The notes under the pieces: model-generated
What the model saw: only the letters and a program-made list of their open reading frames with translations
What the model was told of the DNA's origin: nothing
The model's database searches: none
Program-made: the position numbers and the translations under genes
Shown here: in pieces, positions 35,108-40,000 of the stretch
Numbering within the stretch: position 1 is the first letter of the stretch
How the letters are laid out: each line of letters opens with the position of its first letter
Assembly (NCBI GenBank): GCA_963798575.1
Contig: CAWCTL010000005.1
Span: 1,392 to 41,391, forward strand
Direction of reading: 5' to 3'
DNA: 40,000 nt
Origin: an uncultured Alphaproteobacteria bacterium
GTDB lineage: Bacteria; Pseudomonadota; Alphaproteobacteria; Rhizobiales; Rhodomicrobiaceae

Positions 35108-36649
35108 ATGATTGCACTGCGACGCGGCATGTTGAATGCATCCAAGTCCAAGGGTGTGGCTGCCCGCACGAGCACTTGCCTTATGCACCTGCGCTCTTGG
35201 CCGTCCATCTCGAAAGCGGGGCTTTTTATCCTCGCGGCGGGGGCGATCCTCCAGCCGCGGCCCGCCTCGGCCGTACCGTCCTATGCGCGCCAGACGGGGC
35301 AACCCTGCTCGACCTGCCACACGATGTGGCCCGAGCTAACGCCCTTCGGCCGCCAATTCAAGCTGATGGGTTACACCTCTGGCGGGACGCGGTGCAACGA
35401 CGGCTCAGCCAAATCGGACCAGACGCAGGTTCCGCTCTCCGTGATGGCTTGGCCGGCCACTTTCACGCACTACAATGACAAGAATGCCAATCCCACTAGC
35501 CCGCCGAACAGCATCAACGACAACGATTGGCTCCCTGGGCAGTTCAGCCTGTTCGTCGCCGGGCAGCTTTATTGCGATGTGGGCTCCTTCGCCCAGGCGA
35601 CCTACGACCGCGCAGGGAACGCCTTCGGCTGGGACAACACCGATATCCGCTATGCAAAGTCCGGCGTGATCGACGGAACGAACGTCGTTTACGGCATCAC
35701 AGCCAATAACAATCCTAGCGTTCAAGACGTTTGGAATACCACGCCGGCCTGGTTCTTCCCTTATATAACATCGGAAGTTGCGCCGGCTCCGGCGAACGGC
35801 ACAATGCTCGTCACGTCTCAGTTTGGCGCCCAAGTAGGCGGTGTTGGCGGTTATGTCTGGATCGACAATAGCTTCTACGCCGAATTGACGGCTTATGGGG
35901 CATTGCCTCCGCGCCTTGCAACGGATCTTGGCGCCGATCCTACCGCCAACAGATTTAACGGCTCAGCGCCATATTGGCGGTTTGCCTACGAAAAAACCTG
36001 GGACCAGAACTCGCTGATGTTTGGCACGATCGGTATGTACGCCGATCAGCAGATCACAAACGCGGGCCTTGGCCTTGGGGGCCCGCAGTCAGCTCTGGCT
36101 ACCGGCATAACCGATCCCACTCTCGATGCTGGCTTCGACACGCAATATCAGTGGATCGGGGCGGAGCATATTTTTTCGGTTAGGGGGCTTTACGTCTGGC
36201 AGACTAAGCAGAACAACATCGAGAATCACTTCGCGAGCCTGGCAGGTACCCCCCTCGCTAACGCAAGCGATGAGCTGAACGATATTAACATTTCTGCAAC
36301 CTATATGTACAACCGCACATATAATCTTACTGTGGGATGGTTCGATACTTGGGGCACGTCGGATACGGCGCTTTATGGAACGTTGACCGGCATTGGCGGA
36401 ACGCCGGTAGGGCCTTCCGCCAATGGCTCGCCGAACTCGTCCGGCTGGAACTTTGAGCTAGCCTATTCGCCCTTCATGAATGGCGGGGCTCCTGACATCT
36501 GGCCGTGGTTCAATGCCAGGATTGGCGTCATTTACACCCACTACGACGAGTTCAACGGCACCTCCGGGCTTGCTCCTGCAGCCAATGGAACGCTCGTAAA
36601 GGCCAGCGGCAACGACACAGTATTCTTCTACACCTGGCTCATGTTCTAA
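35108..36649 (+). CDS. Fused monoheme cytochrome c / outer-membrane beta-barrel (Cyc2-like)
   Basis: ATG at 35108 with GGAGGA 9 nt upstream. A signal peptide ending ASA is followed by a single CSTCH haem motif (35306-35320) in YARQTGQPCSTCHTMWPELTPFGRQFKLMGY. About 430 aa of alternating Gly/aromatic-rich beta-strand-like sequence follow, ending FFYTWLMF (OMP C-terminal Phe). Confidence 0.7.
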   Translation: MIALRRGMLNASKSKGVAARTSTCLMHLRSWPSISKAGLFILAAGAILQPRPASAVPSYARQTGQPCSTCHTMWPELTPFGRQFKLMGYTSGGTRCNDGSAKSDQTQVPLSVMAWPATFTHYNDKNANPTSPPNSINDNDWLPGQFSLFVAGQLYCDVGSFAQATYDRAGNAFGWDNTDIRYAKSGVIDGTNVVYGITANNNPSVQDVWNTTPAWFFPYITSEVAPAPANGTMLVTSQFGAQVGGVGGYVWIDNSFYAELTAYGALPPRLATDLGADPTANRFNGSAPYWRFAYEKTWDQNSLMFGTIGMYADQQITNAGLGLGGPQSALATGITDPTLDAGFDTQYQWIGAEHIFSVRGLYVWQTKQNNIENHFASLAGTPLANASDELNDINISATYMYNRTYNLTVGWFDTWGTSDTALYGTLTGIGGTPVGPSANGSPNSSGWNFELAYSPFMNGGAPDIWPWFNARIGVIYTHYDEFNGTSGLAPAANGTLVKASGNDTVFFYTWLMF

Positions 36650-36704
36650 CTTCAGAAAGAAACGGCGAAATCTTCGCAGAACAAGGAAACGCGGAGCTCA
36701 GATC

Positions 36705-37379
36705 ATGAAAGCCGGCAGTTTAAAAGTGGCAGTGCATACCGCCGTCCTGGCGATACTCATCCCAGCCGCCGCTCGTGCAAGCGAGCTTCAAGAGAAACTA
36801 CCAGCCGCCAGTCACGCAGGTGAGCTTGAGGAGAAATTAGACTTTTGCACGAATTGCCACGGCGATCACTTCCAAGGTTTCGCCGCGTTTTTTACAGCGC
36901 CGCGGCTTGCCGGTCAGCCGGTCCAGTATCTTGAGAACCAGTTCAGGGGGATCAGAGACCGTGTTCGCAATGATCCTACAACTCAAGAATTTATGTACCC
37001 GATTCTTACCCATCTCGATCCGCATCTACAGCCGGGCATTGCAAAGTACTTAAGCGAGCTCAATCCGCCGCCTGGCGATGGCGGTCCAAGGCATCTTGTA
37101 GCTGGGGGGAGGAAGATATTCGAAGAGGGGGTTCCAGACGAGAACGTTCCAGCATGCGCGGCCTGCCACGGCCCGGACGCGCATGGAAGCGAACAGGTCC
37201 CGCGTTTGGCAGGTCAAATGTATGCCTACGTGGTCGATCAACTGGTTCAGTGGCGTAAAGGCTACCGCGCCAAAGACCCGGCGAACCCAAGCGATGAGAA
37301 TGTCATGGTGCCGATCGCGAAAGGCTTAACCAAGAACCAGATCGAAGCAGTTGCCGCCTATGTCAGCTACCAGAGATAG
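36705..37379 (+). CDS. Dihaem c-type cytochrome (c4 family)
   Basis: Signal peptide, CTNCH and CAACH motifs, and two LAGQ..Y...Q signatures. Confidence 0.85.
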   Translation: MKAGSLKVAVHTAVLAILIPAAARASELQEKLPAASHAGELEEKLDFCTNCHGDHFQGFAAFFTAPRLAGQPVQYLENQFRGIRDRVRNDPTTQEFMYPILTHLDPHLQPGIAKYLSELNPPPGDGGPRHLVAGGRKIFEEGVPDENVPACAACHGPDAHGSEQVPRLAGQMYAYVVDQLVQWRKGYRAKDPANPSDENVMVPIAKGLTKNQIEAVAAYVSYQR

Positions 37380-37392
37380 GAAAGCCGGGATC

Positions 37393-38094
37393 ATGAAGCT
37401 CATCAAGTTGACAATGGCGGTCCTGGCGATTGCTTCTACTCCACTCTTTGCTGGATCGGGCAATGCGGAAGAAGCCCATATAACCTGCCGGACAAATCCT
37501 GGCGGGGAATGGCCAATCAATCCGCCAGCTTACGTGGTAAGAAATTGCGCGTTTTGCCACGGCGACGCAAATCTTGAAGGCCGAGGCGTTGCGCCGCGGC
37601 TGGCTGGACAGCACCAGGAATATATCGTCATTCAGTTCGAGCGGCTTCTGAATGGAACGCGGAACAATCCATTCTCTCTCCAATATATGACGCCCGCTGC
37701 GAGGCAGATACTGCCGGACTCTTGGTGTGAGTTGGGTGCTTATATCTCGACACTGCCGCCCGTAACCATTGCGGACGGGAACCCGGACCCGGCACTGAGA
37801 GCCATAGGCGAGGATATTTTTCTCCACGGAGTACCCGAGGATGATGTTCCCGCCTGCCAGTTTTGCCATGGTCCGCAGGCCCAGGGCATCGGAAGGTTCC
37901 CTCTACTGGGCGGTCAATCCTACTACTACTTGAAAAGAAGGTTGGTGCAGTGGATTGAGGGGTATTCTCCCACATCGCCCAATATGCCCAAAATCGCCGC
38001 CCACCTGAATCCCGATCAGATCGAAGCCGTTACCTCGTACCTAAGCTTCGTCCAATACACCGCAACCATCCAGGAAACGGGGAACCACCCATGA
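37393..38094 (+). CDS. Dihaem c-type cytochrome (c4 family)
   Basis: Trimmed to the ATG at 37393 (MKLIKLTMAVLAIASTPLFA signal peptide). CAFCH and CQFCH motifs. Confidence 0.85.
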   Translation: MKLIKLTMAVLAIASTPLFAGSGNAEEAHITCRTNPGGEWPINPPAYVVRNCAFCHGDANLEGRGVAPRLAGQHQEYIVIQFERLLNGTRNNPFSLQYMTPAARQILPDSWCELGAYISTLPPVTIADGNPDPALRAIGEDIFLHGVPEDDVPACQFCHGPQAQGIGRFPLLGGQSYYYLKRRLVQWIEGYSPTSPNMPKIAAHLNPDQIEAVTSYLSFVQYTATIQETGNHP

Positions 38095-38867
38095 ACAAAC
38101 TTTGTGCCGGCTTTCTTGGCCTGGCATTGGCGGGGGCGCCGTTTCCCGCAGATGCAGCCGATTGGGGTAGCGCCTCTGAAGTACCTGGCTTTGCCGTCGT
38201 AGCCGTTCCCGCTCCCGTTTGGGCCGGCTTCTATGGAGGCGTCGACGTCGGCTATGGTTGGAGCGCTGCGAGCGATCAGCTCGCTTGCGGCCCTGCCTGC
38301 TTCGCGGCCACTGGCGCCGGCCCGTTTGCAGGGGTGTCGTCGAACGGCTGGCTGGAGGGCTTGCATGCGGGCTACAACTGGCAAGGTTTCGGTCTTGCCG
38401 CGCTTGTTGTTGGCATTGAGACCGATGTTGCAGCTGCCTCCGTCTATGGCCAAGGTTCCGATGCGATTGGCGACTTCTACCACTCGCGTCTTGAGGCGCT
38501 TGGCACGGTGCGCGGCCGTATTGGCTATACGTGGGATCGCACCCTTCTCTACTTCACCGGCGGTTTGGCCTGGGGCACCATGTTTAACGAAGCAAGCTTC
38601 ACCGGCGCTAACGGTGCCGACTATTCCACAAATCCTACCGTAGCGGGCTATGTGCTGGGGGGCGGCGTCGAGTATAAATTCTGGCACGATCTGTCGGTCA
38701 AGGTCGAGTATCAATACGTCGATCTCGGCAAGAACAACCCTGTAGATATTGCAGCCGGCACCGGAGCCTACACCGCCAACGGCGGGACAGTTCGCAACGA
38801 TGCGTTCAACGTCGTCCGGGTCGGCTTCAACTGGTGGCCATTTGAAACTTATGTGCCGTTGAAATAA
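38091..38867 (+). CDS. Outer-membrane beta-barrel protein (Omp25/Omp31-type porin family)
   Basis: ATGA overlap with the upstream cytochrome gene. Signal peptide, then GFYGGVDVGYGW...GGGVEYKF...VRVGFNWWPF. Confidence 0.85.
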   Translation: MNKLCAGFLGLALAGAPFPADAADWGSASEVPGFAVVAVPAPVWAGFYGGVDVGYGWSAASDQLACGPACFAATGAGPFAGVSSNGWLEGLHAGYNWQGFGLAALVVGIETDVAAASVYGQGSDAIGDFYHSRLEALGTVRGRIGYTWDRTLLYFTGGLAWGTMFNEASFTGANGADYSTNPTVAGYVLGGGVEYKFWHDLSVKVEYQYVDLGKNNPVDIAAGTGAYTANGGTVRNDAFNVVRVGFNWWPFETYVPLK

Positions 38868-39141
38868 CCTTGCTCCCGCCTCTCGCCTCAGGTCGCGGAA
38901 TGCGGCTTACCCTGGAGCCGCCCCGCAAAAGAACGTCTTTAGTTAAGATGCTTGGTCTAATGCCTACCTTTCTATTAAGAGGAAAGCAAATATCTCAAAC
39001 AATACCCTATCGAAACTTCTCGGGTTTGAATAACCTGAAACAAAGAATTAGGGATTGCTAGCGTAGCCTTCGATAATAAGGGATGCAGGTTCAGTAAGGC
39101 GGACCTGCCAGCCCCCTCATGCAACGCGCAGAGGCTGCATC

Positions 39142-39843
39142 ATGAAGGTTGTTAGCTTTCGCTTGACGTTACAAACGGTAGTCGCTGGGCTTATTCTCCC
39201 GGCCGCAGCCTATGCCGCGGAACTGGGAGGGCACTACCACCACCACCACCACAGGGCCGCGCTTGCGGCCCATCCTAGCAAGACCGGACTTGAGGCCAAA
39301 GTCCAATTTTGTTCCGAGTGCCACGGCAAGGCGTTCCACGGCTATCAGGCATACTACACCATACCCCAGCTTGCAGGCCAGCAGCCGCAGTACCTCGAAA
39401 ACCAGTTCAACTCGATACACGACCGTGTGCGCAACGACCCTATCGCACAAAGGTTTATGTGGCCGATTCTTTCGCATGTACCGAAAGATTTGTTTCCGGC
39501 CATAGCACAGCACATAAGCGAGCTTGATGCAGCGCCCGCCGCGGACGGTCCGAGGCATCTCGTCAACGCCGGCAGGAAGATTTTCGAAGAGGGCGTTCCT
39601 GACGCTAATGTTCCGGCCTGCTCCGCCTGCCACGGACCGGATGCACACGGTCAAGACCAGGTTCCGCGTCTGGCAGGCCAGCTTTATCCCTACTTGGCGA
39701 GTGAACTGGCAGAGTGGCAGAAAGGCTACCGGAGCAAAGATCCCGCGGATCCAAGCAATGAGAACACCATGGTGCCGATCGCGGGCGCATTGTCCAAGGA
39801 GCAGATAAAAGAAGTTGCGGCCTATCTCAGCTATCAGAAATAG
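39142..39843 (+). CDS. Dihaem c-type cytochrome (c4 family), paralogue of 36705 with an N-terminal His tract
   Basis: CSECH and CSACH motifs. Roughly 60% identical by eye to the 36705 product. HYHHHHH is encoded at 39232-39252 by a (CAC)n run. Confidence 0.85.
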   Translation: MKVVSFRLTLQTVVAGLILPAAAYAAELGGHYHHHHHRAALAAHPSKTGLEAKVQFCSECHGKAFHGYQAYYTIPQLAGQQPQYLENQFNSIHDRVRNDPIAQRFMWPILSHVPKDLFPAIAQHISELDAAPAADGPRHLVNAGRKIFEEGVPDANVPACSACHGPDAHGQDQVPRLAGQLYPYLASELAEWQKGYRSKDPADPSNENTMVPIAGALSKEQIKEVAAYLSYQK

Positions 39844-40000
39844 TGGTAAAGTTGTGCGGCGATGCAAATGGGGGCATCCTCTGGGGATGGATCTGGATCT
39901 GCGCGACCCTTCCCTTCCTGAAGCTCAGGTGCGTGCGTTGGATCTTGCTTAATGGATTTTTAGAAGGATTGCGCTTTCGCGATGTATTCATGCCTACTTC

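Noticed and set aside
38016-39867. Full-length antisense ORFs over the OMP gene (38016..38714) and the third cytochrome gene (39169..39867, 232 aa)
   Set aside because: It is striking that an antisense frame stays open across a whole gene. However, the sense strands carry CxxCH haem motifs, signal peptides and beta-barrel signatures, and the antisense products have none.

Overview
High-GC chromosomal segment; I infer an alphaproteobacterium from composition and gene content, but this is not verified. There are four parts.

(1) 1-5.3 kb is a minus-strand housekeeping block: a Rieske protein, an SDR, queG, a GST and an NDUFA9-like SDR.

(2) 5.3-8.5 kb is one 1075-aa fused polysaccharide-biosynthesis gene (SAM-methyltransferase + WbsX-type glycosyltransferase + RgpF). 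Its 3' two-thirds are visibly AT-richer than the flanks.

(3) 8.7-34.8 kb is an integration hotspot at tRNA-Leu(CAG). The tRNA 3' end (CCTCTTCTGGGCACCA) recurs at 24785-24800 and 34016-34034, each copy followed about 90-190 bp later by an integrase gene.
- Island 1 (~16 kb) carries a P4-type integrase, alpA, a Rep/PriCT replication protein, a decayed ssb and a HigBA-like toxin-antitoxin pair.
- Island 2 (~9.2 kb) carries a second tyrosine integrase, a serine recombinase with a res-like site, and a ParB-like protein.
- A third island survives only as an 87-codon integrase stub fused to a radical-SAM fragment.
- Island 1 contains a nested ~5.5 kb module bracketed by 15-bp direct repeats. It encodes a XerC/D-like recombinase, a 133-aa unknown protein and a 1233-aa SNF2 helicase. 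The helicase C-terminus is 17 strictly periodic 15-residue repeats ([C/S]-x-[V/L]-[S/T]-G). This is my best candidate for an undescribed system, either defence or element maintenance.

(4) 35.1-39.8 kb is a cytochrome cluster: a Cyc2-like fused monoheme cytochrome/beta-barrel porin, three c4-type dihaem cytochromes (one with an HYHHHHH tract) and an Omp25-type barrel. This suggests an outer-membrane electron-transfer or Fe(II)-oxidation-like module.

I saw no CRISPR array, rRNA gene or transposase. Many long antisense ORFs in the track are high-GC artefacts.
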